Origin: Octopus bimaculoides
Taxonomy: Eukaryota
Assembly (NCBI RefSeq): GCF_001194135.2
Contig: NC_068981.1
Coordinates: 46,352,414 to 46,411,174 of the forward strand
Reading direction: 5' to 3'
DNA: 58,761 nucleotides
Below are positions 13,270 to 26,490 of the stretch, piece after piece (position 1 is the first letter of the stretch; each line of letters starts with the position of its first letter). The notes under the pieces are model-generated. The model was given only the letters and a program-made list of their open reading frames with translations, was not told where the DNA came from and ran no database searches. Both the position numbers and the translations under genes were made by a program.

Positions 13270-13480
13270 AACAGATTTTCACTTGTATATCGTTAACTAG
13301 GTTAATTCAATAAAAATTTTATATACGTATCAGAGAACGGCTTACGTGTGAAAGTATGAAAATACTTGCATTGTTAAAGGAAGAATTTGAAGTTACAACA
13401 TATGAAAAAATGGATAATTATGAATATATTAAAGCGAACACATTTATCTCAATATTCAAAAGAACGTAACTGTGAATTAG
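13270..13480 (+). pseudogene. Possible hAT transposase C-terminal dimerisation-domain relic
   Basis: Reads QQIFT...RERLTCESMKILALLKEEFEVTTYEKMDNYEYIKAN, loosely like ERxFS...RxRLxxESVKAxLxVKxNF. Weak, by eye only. Confidence 0.2.
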
Positions 13481-14129
13481 GTATTGTATCGACGTATAAG
13501 AATAAGTAACGGCATTTTTTTCTACCACTCAACAAAACATGATACAATATAATACAATATATCGCCTGACATTTTAGTTATATTTACTGTTGGATATTTT
13601 TAGTGTAAATCGCACATACATATTTTTAATATATCTTTAAATATAGCTTATGTAACTCATTTATATGTACACAAATGTATAGAGATTTCACATAGCTCAG
13701 GTGCTCGTTGTTCAATCGTTTATCTGTACATAACCCCACAGAAGATTTTACACATAAAGCAGAAAAAAGTGAATTCTTGTTAGAATCGTTATGATAGAAA
13801 TTGTGAAATAGATATGTATAGATGTGTTAATGCATGTCAACTTTTCTATAAACTAAAATAAGGAATATTAATTATATCTTCCTAATTGTACGTTGTTGAC
13901 AAACTTCTATAAATCATACATATCTAGAAAATTTTCTCACCTTTAGATTAGTATAACATTGAAAAAAAAATAGTAATAGCTTAAGACATTTCTTTTTATA
14001 CCACCTCTATTAAATGTAACTTATCAAGTGCAAATGTAAACTTATAAGCTTAATCGGATATAGAGGTTACAGAAAATATAAATTGTATTGTAAATGGTAC
14101 TCCCCTTCCCACGTAACAAAGTGGTATGA

Positions 14130-14900
14130 CAGCCACTATAAAGTCAGAAAGTCAGTAGTGATACAATCGTTGTACGAGTTCTCAGTTGGAGTCAGCGGGT
14201 TATTCGAAAACCGTTGCTAGGTGGACTCGCCCTTCTCTTTTGGTAATTTACTAAGTGTTTGAAAATGCTGTGCTGCTTTGCAGTGGTTTGTGTGTCTACA
14301 GTTGTTTGTTTGTGATTTCTCTTCTCGTAAGAGGAGAGATGGCTGAGTCTTATTCAGACGTAAGTGAATCAGATGTGGAGTGTTCAGAACTGTCGTCGTC
14401 TGAATAATAGCTTGTGGAAGCTGTGAAGAAGATGGACAGGGTTATAAAGGAGAGAAGTTTTGCGCAGGTGACAGAGGTGTCAAAAAACGAAGTAAGCCTC
14501 AAAACACTTTTTTAAAATGTTAGAAAAGGAAGGTGACAACGTGAGATTTTCACCACCACAAGGAATACTAAAAGAAATCGAAGAAAAAAGAATTGTGTAT
14601 AAAGTTTATTCTATCAAGACTTAGCGTATCTTCCCAGAGAAGACCAATACGGTACAGTTGAGGTATATTTCAGTAACAAAGTAAAAGCGAAGGAAAACTG
14701 TAAAATCGATGAAAGGCTAATCCTTCTACCCACAAACCTTGGAAGAACTTCCAAGGTCAGGCGGGAGGGAATCACTACTGAAATAGGCGTGGCTTGTGTG
14801 GCATCAGGGACATGACAGAATCATAGTGGATATAGTCATAAACCTTGTGAGGATTATTTTGAAGCAGTTTAAAGTAACTGGCTGTGATGGTGTTTGGTAA
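14130..14900 (+). mobile_element. 5' end of a decayed LINE (probably L1/Tx1-like): UTR plus disrupted ORF1 from ATG 14339 to about 14815
   Basis: Purine-rich coding-like island: MAESYSDVSESDVECSELSSSE**LVEAVKKMDRVIKERSFAQV..., then MLEKEGDNVRFSPPQGILKEIEEKRIVYKVYS, then DLAYLPREDQYGTVEVYFSNK...LILLPTNLGRTSKVRREGI. Stops and frameshifts; architecture typical of a LINE ORF1, clade assignment uncertain. Confidence 0.5.
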
Positions 14901-15615
14901 AGGAGGATCTTAAATCAAGATGTTTATTACCCGTTAAAGGGGCATTAGTATAATAAAACCAATGATGATAATACAGAGGAAATGTTTATCATGGTGTACT
15001 ATAGTTGGATGATTTAAACAATATTGTTATATTGTATACAGATAAAATTTATGGTTAGCAAAATCATATTGAGAAAATATTATAATCAAAACGATAATTT
15101 TTTGAATAATTTTGAGTATAGACCAACATTTACAACAATATACAGAGAAGAAAATTACATAGAATTAAATATTCATATACTTAAATATTTACTTACTAAT
15201 TGGTATCTATGAAGATTGATCACTTTCCTGATGTCTTAGAAGCTTCTAAGCTGAAGTAAAACAACATGTACGTTGTTTCTCTTCTTAACCTCTTAGGGGA
15301 TTTAAATAAAATTATACAAATGTGTCCGACTGTTTAAATTAATTCTATGTATTTATTTATTTATTTATGCAGCCGAGGATATATTTGCATTTAAATTGAT
15401 GTAATGTTTGCATTGTTCAATTAAATGGAGTCGCTTGAAACGGTTGTACTGCCTTACTTCTGGATAGCCTATTGCTTATTTTGATTTTATTCAACTTATT
15501 TTGAAATTGAACGAATAATACCGCACTAATTTTTGCTGCCGCAACTGAAGTACCTAATTCATTTGAATCCCAAATGTACATNNNNNNNNNNNNNNNNNNN
15601 NNNNNNNNNNNNNNN

Positions 15616-15648
<33 letters not shown>

Positions 15649-15990
15649 TAAATATAAATATATACCTAATATAAATTATTCTCCAAACTTGTGTTTCTCT
15701 CCGTTTTAGCTGGAACTAGGAAGACGTGTTCTTGTCTGTCTCCTGTCCAAGCTTGATTTATGCGTTCATCACCACAACCTCGTTTAGGCTTAGCAGTCCT
15801 TCTTGTCTGTTTTCACTGTTCTGATTGTGTTACCAATTTTGACCCTCCGCAAAATCCCACATGTTTTTTAACGTGCTTTGCGTGAACAACTGTTTTATCG
15901 AAAGCGTATATTGGTGTTAAATGCTCGAAATACGAGAGTAGAAGAACAGCCAACAACTGACGAAGGTCTGTTCTTTATGTTTTCTGTCTT

Positions 15991-16097
15991 GTTTTCCATT
16001 TGTATCTTTCATTCTTCCCCCCAAAAAGTTCATGTTCCATGTACTCGTACTTCGTACTTTTTGTTGTACATGCTTTATGACGTCCTGCGCCCACAAA

Positions 16098-16172
<75 letters not shown>

Positions 16173-16286
16173 GTATAGATTTAAGTATGTGCATGTACGT
16201 ATGTACATATGCATATATATATACGTATAGATTTAAGTATGTATATATACGTATGTATATATGCATATATATATATATATATATAT

Positions 16287-16334
<48 letters not shown>

Positions 16335-17353
16335 ATAACAGCCGCAGTTCCATTCCTATTCTCCTGTCCCCAATTACGGTAAAGCTATAGAACTCAGTTC
16401 ATTTCAAAACTAAGTCTTTGGGAATAATAACAATGCACTCATACATTTCCTCTTTAGCTTCCGTTCCTTTGTACCACAGCTGAAATATATACAGCTGAAC
16501 TTATAGCGTTGTATACCACGTACAGTATTCACTGACTGACTATAATTCTCTCCTGCTTAAAAACGAGACCTCTCTTTATTGGTACTCACAGCTTTCAGAT
16601 GTAGTGTTTAATAATTCTGAAATAATGCTGCAAATACATCTGTACCCAAGACATATTTCAAATGTATACTGAAAAACCGTACTGCCACAATCTAACATCT
16701 TGCTGTCGGTAGATCTCCAAGTAAATTTATTTCCTTGCGCTGGTGAATATATTTATGTTAACTATGTCTGCTGAAACTGCCACCAGATATAGACTAGGTT
16801 TAGCTGTCTGTAGCCAAAGCGGATTAAATATGCTAGTGTAGACGGTGATAGCAAAACTGAAATGAAATAATAATTGGTCTACAGATCACGTTTCTGATGA
16901 TCTCTTAACCAGCAAAGTCAGATTTTACAAATAGCATAGTAACAATGTAAAAATTTAGATATACTACACAAGTATTACACTTGAAAGCGCTGTGGTTATT
17001 ATTGATTATAATCCGCTAGCAACACCAATTATTATAATTTAGCTTTATTATGATTATTTTGGATTGCAGCTATTTTCTTCAAGGATACTTAATTAATCTC
17101 ATATCGGCTTCAGAATTCAGCTACAGACGAGAAGATATTTCACTGTCTCAAACGGCTGCATACAATTATGTCAATGAGTTATATATATTTTCCATTTGTG
17201 TCATTCGTTGTTCCAATGAATATTTCATGTTCCATGTAGTCGTGATTTGTACTTTTTTGTTGTGCACGTTTCGTGACGCCCCGTGCACACATATGCATAT
17301 ATATATATATAAGTATAGATGTAAGTATGTACATATACGTATGTATATATGCA

Positions 17354-17355
<2 letters not shown>
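15991..17355 (+). repeat. Dispersed direct duplication, 15991-16270 vs 17187-17355
   Basis: ttttccatttgt...ttcatgttccatgta.tcgt...tgtactttttgttgt...tgacg..c...cac followed by tatagat.taagtatgt..at.tacgtatgta.atatgcata occurs at both places, about 1.2 kb apart. Confidence 0.8.
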
Positions 17356-17385
<30 letters not shown>

Positions 17386-17409
17386 CATCTATCTATCTAT
17401 CAATCTATA

Positions 17410-17452
<43 letters not shown>

Positions 17453-18527
17453 TATTTACATTAATATTTGATTGAACGCCACACTTCCTTTTCCAAGTAA
17501 ATTTTATTTTTAATTATTATGGTGCGCGCTCTATACACACTTTTTACTCTTTCGCTTTTCTCTCTTTTTTTCTCTGTTTTATTCTTTCACCTCCTCTTCT
17601 CCCATTATTCTATCCTATTACTCTTTCGTTTTTTTCTCTCTTCCTTTCTCCCATTCTCCCCTCCTGTTTTATCTCATCCTATCCCCAATTTTCACCTCTT
17701 CCCTTCAGATTTCTTTGTCACTTTATCTCCCCCACTCTTCCTCCCTCTGAGCTACGTCTATCACGGTTTCACAAGGATTGTGACAGTAGATTCTTCAGAG
17801 ATTGCATTTGAATATACGCGGACCAATCTTACTTATGGTGTAATTATCACCTTGCCGTCGTTTTAAAGGGATCATTTCCAGTTCTTCGTGTGAGTGAGAG
17901 CAATAATAATGATCTTCGACATTGTGAAGTGTTCAGGAATTTCATTGTGTGAGAGAGTGAGTGTGTGTATGTGTGTGTGTGTGTGTGTGTGCGTACGCGC
18001 GCGCGCGTGTGTGTGTGTGTGTGTGTACAGAAAGAGATGTAGTGTAAATATTATGAACAATGAAAAATGAACAAATGGGTGGAACGTAATTACAAAACCA
18101 TGGTATTGACTTAAAATTTGAACGCAACGAAAATGTAATGGATGTTCTTTTGCTGGAGATCCATAACGTGATTGTCCCTTCTTTTATACCTGACATGAAA
18201 TTAGGAATGATATTTGAAAAAGTCAAAAAATAATATGTGACGATGTACATAATTGATACTGACACTTATACACAGCCACATTAGTAGTTTACCTAGTATG
18301 GGTATTTGGTGTAATGTTACTTTACAGTGAAAAAAATGTTATGGTCAGCCTAATTGCTTGCTGCATTCATGCACGTTGTAAGTGGTTTACAGTGAAATGT
18401 AGAGAAGTAGCTTAAAGGAAACGAAAATGTCTGGAATTAAATGAGTCGAACACACACGTGTATGTATGTGTGCAAATAAGACCTATACGTATGTGCTTTT
18501 TCCATTCACAAAGTGCCACGTGGAATT

Positions 18528-19732
18528 GATGTCATCAGACAGTATCCAGCGGTTCCTCAGGTGTTTCGACCCTGAACTGTTTGGTCGCCAGAGGTGGCTA
18601 AGTCACTGCTCCTAATCTCCTAACTTCCAGCTTAACTCTTCTCCCTTGCTCTTAAGCCAACCAGAGACTTTTCCAGCTGCCTCTCACATCTTGCGCACAG
18701 CCACACTCTGCTCCTTACATCTCACTCCAGTTGTTGTAAGCATCCTACATGTCAACTGAGCAGGGGATCTGGACTAGGTAAAAGTGTACCTGCCGTCCCT
18801 TCTCCTGCAATCCTTCAGATGGCTCACATATCTGGCACGCTTCCCTTCATGGGCCTCATTACACCCATCTTCCCACGAGATTGTGAGTTAAATTACGATA
18901 ATTTTCTTGGCCTTTTGTAATCGCAAGACCACATTTGGCCTTAGGGTTGTATGAGGAACCTGGGGAACTTGCAATATCACCCCTAAATCCACTTTCATAT
19001 TTCATGGTTGAGGTCCATGCAGCACGCTATGTACTGTTTTTGCTGACTCTACTATTTTCTGTCCCTTTCACGAACTTAATTGCTACTGCTGCTCCCTGCC
19101 ATGATCTGTGCCAGAAAGTCTGCACAGCTCATTTGCCTTCAAACTCCCATCTGTGCAGGTTTGTTGGTGTCGGGTGTATGTCATATACAACACTCAGAAG
19201 GGAGGAGATGCGAAAAGGTTCCAACCTTCACAAGTCAATCCAAATGATCTTCCTCATAGGGAGGTCTCATTTTGTCCATGCACCCTGAGATACCAGATCC
19301 ACGGCTCTTGATTTTCTTCTTTCTTCCTCCTAGTACCGCACTCCTTTCTGTGTCATAGTCTGCCCCTTCTTGAGGTCTGCTTTCTTCCATTGTTGAAATA
19401 GGAAGAACCAAGACCCCGGTGACCCCTTCTTGTAACCCGCGAAGGAACCCCGGACATTACCTGTAAACTTTATAAGGTATACCACTTGTGCCATGAGCTA
19501 ATCCTCATCTGGCATTTTCACCACTCGTTCCACTTGTTTCCAGGATGGAGGGCTGAGGTGGAACTTCTTTACTGGTATATCAGCTCTGCCAATATTTTGG
19601 TTAGCATCTAGGACTTCATCTCTGAGGTTATCACTGTGAGTCTCCCTCAGAAACATTTCTACCTCTTCTGGCAATCGTTCAGCTCCGACGACCATTGTTC
19701 TAGTTTCTTCCATCAATCAAATAGCCTGTTTA
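18528..19732 (-). mobile_element. RLE-type non-LTR retrotransposon (Hero/NeSL-like), internally deleted and decayed
   Basis: Minus translation: PEEVEMFLRETHSD...SPPSWKQVERVVK, GTSGIPYKVYR*CP (pre-RT); GHRGLG, SRAVDLVSQGAWTK*DLPMRKIIW...LEPFRISSLLSVVYDIHPTPTNLHRW (post-RT); MKVDLG...TTLRPNVVL...KKIIVI*LTISWEDGCNEAHEGKRARY (PD-(D/E)xK RLE); then a 3' UTR. Confidence 0.88.
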
Positions 19733-19759
19733 AGAAATGATCATCCAAGTGACTGAACA

Positions 19760-19955
19760 CGCAACAAGCAAGCATCGTCTTCATGTAGTTCTCAGACAGA
19801 TTCAGCGTGACACAGAAAGTGATAAGGCTAGCACTTGGAATTACAGGTACAACACTATTTTTGCAGCTGAGTGGACTGGAGTAACGAGAAACAAAGCGTT
19901 TTTCCTAAGGATGCAATATCGCCAACAGGAATTTAACTCGCGATCTTACGATGAA
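19760..19955 (-). mobile_element. SINE family C fragment
   Basis: ttcagcgtgacacagaa.gtgataaggct...gcagctgagtggactggag.aacg.gaaa.aaag...cgatcttacgat, colinear with 37943-38166. Confidence 0.75.
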
Positions 19956-20300
19956 GGAATTATAAAATAACCTGGAAACAGGTGTAACACCTATTTATGA
20001 ATGTTCTGAAATCTTTCACAGCCTTGGATTTTGATCTCATTCTGTAATTTTTTTTTATATATACACATGCTGATATATGACCTAAGTTGAACTCCTCATT
20101 CGCATAATAACTGAACCTGGAGCTTAACCATAGTTTGTTTATAACACTTACTCAACATTACCTGACACCTTTGGGTCTTATTGATACCTCTCATAACCTA
20201 TATATANNNNNNNNNNNNNNNNNNNNNNNNNNNNNNNNNNNNNNNNNNNNNNNNNNNNNNNNNNNNNNNNNNNNNNNNNNNNNNNNNNNNNNNNNNNNNN

Positions 20301-20338
<38 letters not shown>

Positions 20339-23300
20339 TCCGACTCTACCAGCTGTACATGGGTGACCTTACGATTGAGGCAATCTTCTCGTCTAGTCAT
20401 CGTGTAGGCATCACTGTGAGCTTCCGATAGTTTGTCGATACAGTAATACGGGATATTTTGATTACGATGACATGACTATAAATCGTAAGCGAAATTTCTA
20501 TATCCATTCATAATTATCGACAATAATCGAAATAGAGATGAATTTGTGCTCCTAATAACGTGAATTTTATTATAGGAAACACTTGAATACTAATTGTGGT
20601 ACGAATAACTTTTAACTGAATATGTGAAATAACAGCCATCCAATAATATTTAGAGATATACTAGTCAGTGACAACGAAAAGGCCACATGCCTCGCAATGC
20701 ATGACTAAGGCACACAAGTAGCTTTGCTTGATTCCCGCTTATGTTCCCTCGTTTCATTCAACTCTGTATGTATATGGAGTTTGTTTCTTTTAGTGTGTTG
20801 GTATATATTGACACGTATGCTCAAACACCCGCCCACACAAACATACGCGCATACAAATACACACACAAACACACACGTACACACATATATATATACACAT
20901 AGAGGAAGTCTGAAAAGTTCATGGTAGAAAAGAACATATGAATGATTGTAGGGTGAACGTCTAAGGAACAGAAGAGTGCAATTGGCAGCCCGTCTGTTCG
21001 CATTCCAATACAATTATAATACCCATGAGCATTTTCATATAAACAAACATAGCTGACTATTGAAGGAATATACATACACACAGAGACACACACAGACACA
21101 AACACACACAAACACAAACACGCACACTCAAACACACTCTTTCATATATGCATATACAGTAACCCCTGCATACTGTTATTAACAAATGAAGTTGGCTACA
21201 ATGTCTTATTGTACTCTCCCACACCACAAATACGTGTGTATATGTATGGATGTCATTTTCTTCGTATGTCTAGACATAGACACATGCATATATGCTTATG
21301 TATTTATACATGTACATATGTGTAAGTATAGTAGTAATAACGATAATACTTGGATGGAATTTATAAACATTTTAATATGCATTAAAATGTTTATAAATTC
21401 AATCCAACGATTATTGCTATTATTACTATATTTATCCTACGTTATATTGGAATAGCTAGATGGAAGCCCAAAAAACTGGTTTACAAGTCAGCATCACTAA
21501 AATGTGGTCGGTATAATGGAAAATGAGCGTTATTTGCATATTCAAAGCGTTTCTCGTAGATACATTCAAAATCTATATCTGTATGTATGTATGAATGTAT
21601 ACATACACGCACACACACACAACCAGACACCCAAACACACATCACCCCACACACATATAGTGTGGATACAGACAGACTAACAGGCAGAAAGACGTGTGTG
21701 TAATAGGCTATTTAGCTGTATCGGACAGATAATGTTTACGAGTATTGAAATTGTGTTGGAATGCCAGGAGAAATCTTGCTATTTGCACTCTTCCGTGTAC
21801 TTGACTTTTCTCGTATAATCAATTATATGCTGTCGTCTATCAGCCACTCTTTCAAGTAGTCTGCATATTATTTATTGTGTTATTTTTTTCTATGAATCGC
21901 CGGGATATCATAGAAACCTACGATTGAGAAATTATACACTTGTGTTTCTTAAGAGTTAAGTGTTTACAATGAAGATGTTATTGGCGCAAGAGGGTCTCAA
22001 CATCCGATTTCGTTCATTTTCTGATTTCTGTAGTGAAAAATGCTTTAATCTACTTATCATTCATTAACTGAGTATCCCGTTAAAATGCCCAACCGAATGG
22101 AGGGACTCTGTTCCTGACAGCTGCTTAAAGAGTTTATGTTTTACTCATTTAATCTGTTGATTACCATTTATACTAACCAGTGACATAAGCTTTGAAAGGG
22201 TTTATTACGCAAATGGTAGAATTCACAAGGTGACATAACGTACACCAAATACCAGCAAATATATTGTTTATCTTCTTCAAGAGAAATCTATTTTTTGCTT
22301 TCAACTGTCATCATGCCACTTCCCTTTTCAGAAGAAATGTTTTTTGTTATAACCCATAAAATATTTCTCTTGTTGAGTGCAGCAATACGAATTTGACAAC
22401 TGTATAGTTGTATACGCCTGTTGTGTCTTTGTTTTAGAAAATTAGTCGATCCTTATCTTTTAGTCTCAGCATACGAAGTACTGGAAAATTCTTTGAACTT
22501 TCCAAGCCTAGTTAGTGTATTGTTATACCGTCATATTTTCAAATCCAGACATATCTATCAGCTCGTATGGAAAGATGTTGCAATCTAGTTGTGACGAATT
22601 AGCATTTATTTGTTTCAGGTATAAGTGGCTTGAGTGGACCGTTTCCAATAAGGTTTCTCATACCAAAAGAAACATCCAGGAACGTCCCTGTCTCTGGGTG
22701 TTTATTCAAAAAAGGAATTACGATAGCAAAGTTTTTGTCTTCTATAGAGAATTTGCTCCACAAATATTAAGTGTCTTCTCGAGGTGTGGAAAGTCTGAGG
22801 AAGACAGACAGAAAGAGTAAAATCTACGTATTTGCGTAGTATTTCTATAATCTCATCAACAATAGAGATGTATCGGCATTTAATATATATATATATANNN
22901 NNNNNNNNNNNNNNNNNNNNNNNNNNNNNNNNNNNNNNNNNNNNNNNNNNNNNNNNNNNNNNNNNNNNNNNNNNNNNNNNNNNNNNNNNNNNNNNNNNNN
23001 NNNNNNNNNNNNNNNNNNNNNNNNNNNNNNNNNNNNNNNNNNNNNNNNNNNNNNNNNNNNNNNNNNNNNNNNNNNNNNNNNNNNNNNNNTATATATATGC
23101 ATGTATCTATGTGTGTGTGAGTATACAGAAATGTGTGTGTGAGTCTATAAATAGTAAGTCTAGCTTTTTATTGATAGATAGATAGATAGATAGATACACA
23201 GACAGACAGATTTATACAAATATACATACTTTTGTGTATGTGATATGTATAAGACTAAATATTCATGCGAGAGTTTGTTGTATTTATGCCTGGTAAATTG

Positions 23301-24232
23301 TTTTCGAAATATACACTTTAATTTTCGTTATTGTTTTCCTTCTATTTAATCATCATGCTTGTCTAAATGGAGTTGCTGTGATTCAATATATTCTAGTATC
23401 ATTACTGCAGAGATAGTTATATAAATTCTATTCATTACTATTTTCATTAAACAAAAAAAAGCTATATTTGAGGAATTTACTGTCTCACCATGCTCTAAAA
23501 GTTTCGCCTAAAGAAATGATACATGCTGAGATTGATAGTAATTCATGAAATTGCACAATAATTTAATTTTCGAATTAATAATTAATGCAAAAATAAGCTT
23601 CTTTATTTGTCGTTTGAAATCCAAATTATCGAGACAATACTAACATTGCATGTCAATTTAACATCTATATTTCGTGCCGACCACTAGCAAAGTATATATA
23701 TAAATATATATATATTCGTGTGTGTGTGTGTATGTATGTATGTATGTTTGTATGTATGTGTGTGCATGTATTATGTTGAACTATATGTGCATATATATGT
23801 GTGTGTGTTTGTATAGATACATATGTATACATATATATAGAGAGAGAGAAAGAGAAAAACAGAGAGAGAGAAAGAGATAGATATATATGCGTGTGCTATT
23901 GAATGTGTAGTTGATATTTTAAGAGGTTCGCTAACGTTTAATCTGAAGCATTCCCATTTAATATTTCTAATACGATATTAACAGTTCGTTGTTATCTATG
24001 CTCAATTTTTTTCATATAAAATTTAATGTGTCTATATAACATTATTTAGGTGTCGTTTTTACTTGAGAAATCTAGGAGTAGACGATAAATCGTTTTAATG
24101 TAGAATCACAATTGAAAGAAAATGCCGTGTTCTCGCTTAAAATGGATTTTACATTAGTTCTTTTGTTTGTAAATTGCCTATCGTTCAACTATTACTATTG
24201 TTGTCCTTGATGTTCTTATAAATTTAAAGTCT

Positions 24233-24245
24233 TCTTCTTCTTCTT

Positions 24246-24319
<74 letters not shown>

Positions 24320-24321
24320 TA
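24233..24321. repeat. Compound microsatellite (TTC)n-(TTA)n
   Basis: Directly visible. Confidence 0.97.
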
Positions 24322-24904
24322 CTACTTGCGTTATTTGCATTTTACACAGTGGCAATAACAACCTATTTACTTTAGTTCATATCATGTAACTTAGTTTTAT
24401 TGCACCTCTTTAGCATAATTGCTGAAAGAAAATCTTCTTTATGACATGTCGTGATTCTTTTGTAGTTTAATGACATTTCCAGTTGGAATAACATTATAAT
24501 ATAACTTATTTTTCAGAGTCTGAATTTACTTTTATATCAACTAAAATATTGGTGCTTAAAGAAGCACGAGTTGCAGACTAGGGAGGGCGACTAAACAACT
24601 TGCAACAAGTTAGCTTCCGTTTTCTATTTTGGTGCATTCCTCTAGACATGTGGTCGTTGTTGTTTGTTTGTTATTAGGTTCTAAGTAGGCTTTAGTAATG
24701 TACCTTTGAGATCAGAATTATTGCATTCCTGGCAGTCAAATTCTTTATTCAGCCAGTTTTAACGTGCTCTGAAAATATCTAATCTAACGTGCCCCTATCT
24801 AAAACAATGGGGATTCTCAAAACATACGTGCAACTTCATAGAAAGGGTTTCGATAAAGGTATAAAACATCATTACTAAACACACAGACACTTACACACAC
24901 ACAC

Positions 24905-24947
<43 letters not shown>

Positions 24948-26089
24948 TGTGTGTGTATACGCACGCACACATACACATATTAGTGTGAATTTAGCGGGAT
25001 ATATTATCCGAGCGGATGTTGAGGTAGGTCTCAATTATGTTCCGGATTGCGGCTAACCTCATTGTTTACTATTGAAACATTTGTGACTACGATGAGTTCT
25101 AACTAACGCTGTAAATTCCCACGTTGTGTAATTCCGTGTTCGCTTCACTAGTTGGCGATATCATCTGGAGTGACTATTAGCAATAATTAAAACATTAGAT
25201 GATATGGATACTGCCGCCTTGATTTCCTCTTTTTTTACAATGGCATACAATCATACAATCACAAAAATAAGTTTTATCACATAAAGGGTAAAAACGTTTG
25301 ATGATGTACCACTTTCCATATTTTCTATCGTTATATATATATATATATAATTAATATCTAACATTTTTTCATTACATGGTTATAATGAGGCTTCAAAAAT
25401 ATTCGCATATGTAGTCGGCGTTTACTTACTGATTTAAAAGCATTAAACATGCATATAAAACAGTTTCTGTGACTACAGTAATAAACCAATTTCTAAAGTT
25501 GAATCTGTTCCGACGTGGATTGCGGAGTAGTCCGATAGATTGAAATATGTAGTGATTAATTAGCATTTAAATTGCAGACTAGATATTCTTTGTTTCACTT
25601 CGTGTGATTCTCTATAAAATTTAACTTGAGAAAGTGATACATTTATACGGACATTTCAGATAGTAGCACAATCTATTAAATGAATTTACTTAGTGTCTCT
25701 GTCTATTCGTTGTTGATCGTAGTCTCCGATAAATAATATTTGCCCAAATTGCTATGCAGTGTATCATAACCCGGTACGTCATAATTTCGAAACGAACTTC
25801 GTAATCGCTTGGCCTTGATGTATGACTATTGTATATTCAAACACAAATTTATTAACTTCCCAGCAAAAAATCTTTCAGAGGAAAACCCAAGTAATGTGTT
25901 TTGATACTTTAATGAAAATAATTACTCTTCTCAAGATGCATAAATGTCGGATGAATTCATGCGAAGAGAAAATAGCACAGATGCAGAAGCAAGGTTGAAT
26001 GTTTTAAATGAGTGTTATTTGTGAGTGCCGAAGGAAGTGTTACTAACATGATTGCAGAGTAAACATACAATAATATTTTCATTAGAGAA

Positions 26090-26112
26090 ATGGAGAGAGA
26101 GATGGAGAGAGA

Positions 26113-26195
<83 letters not shown>
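26090..26195. repeat. (GA)n microsatellite
   Basis: Directly visible. Confidence 0.97.
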
Positions 26196-26200
<5 letters not shown>

Positions 26201-26299
26201 AAAAGTGTATTTGCTAGAAATAGGGGAAAATATTAGTCAATTGAAAGATTGTTTTAATGTAAATAAACGAAATAAAAATATGCGTGTCTGTGACACAGA

Positions 26300-26490
26300 A
26301 AGTAACAACATAAGTCAATCGAGTTCTGGAGAGTATATCAATGAACTGATTTAGATGTGCATTTCGTGCTTTTGGTGGGTTAAATTGTGAATTATTTTTC
26401 GCCAAAGGTTCATCATTGGCGTTATTTTTATCAGTGAAAAACTCCACAAGTCGTGGTTTCCGACAAAAGTCTTGGATATCTTCCTCCATT
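26300..26490 (-). mobile_element. Penelope-like element, N-terminal ORF fragment
   Basis: ORF 26214..26489 reads EDIQDFCRKPRLVEFFTDK...KNNSQFNPPKARNAHLNQFIDIL, matching the PLE N-terminal pattern DixxFxRxLRLxEFF...NKSxFxPP..R...LDxFI. Confidence 0.6.

Noticed and set aside
18328-18377. Plus-strand exon-like segment (tttacag / gtaagt), also 26792-26906, 27020-27076 and 51309-51380
   Set aside because: The translations are unrecognisable and do not chain in phase; numbers are consistent with chance splice motifs.
20898-20932. gaggaagtctgaaaagttcatgg, a mariner terminal-repeat-like sequence
   Set aside because: No partner inverted repeat found nearby.
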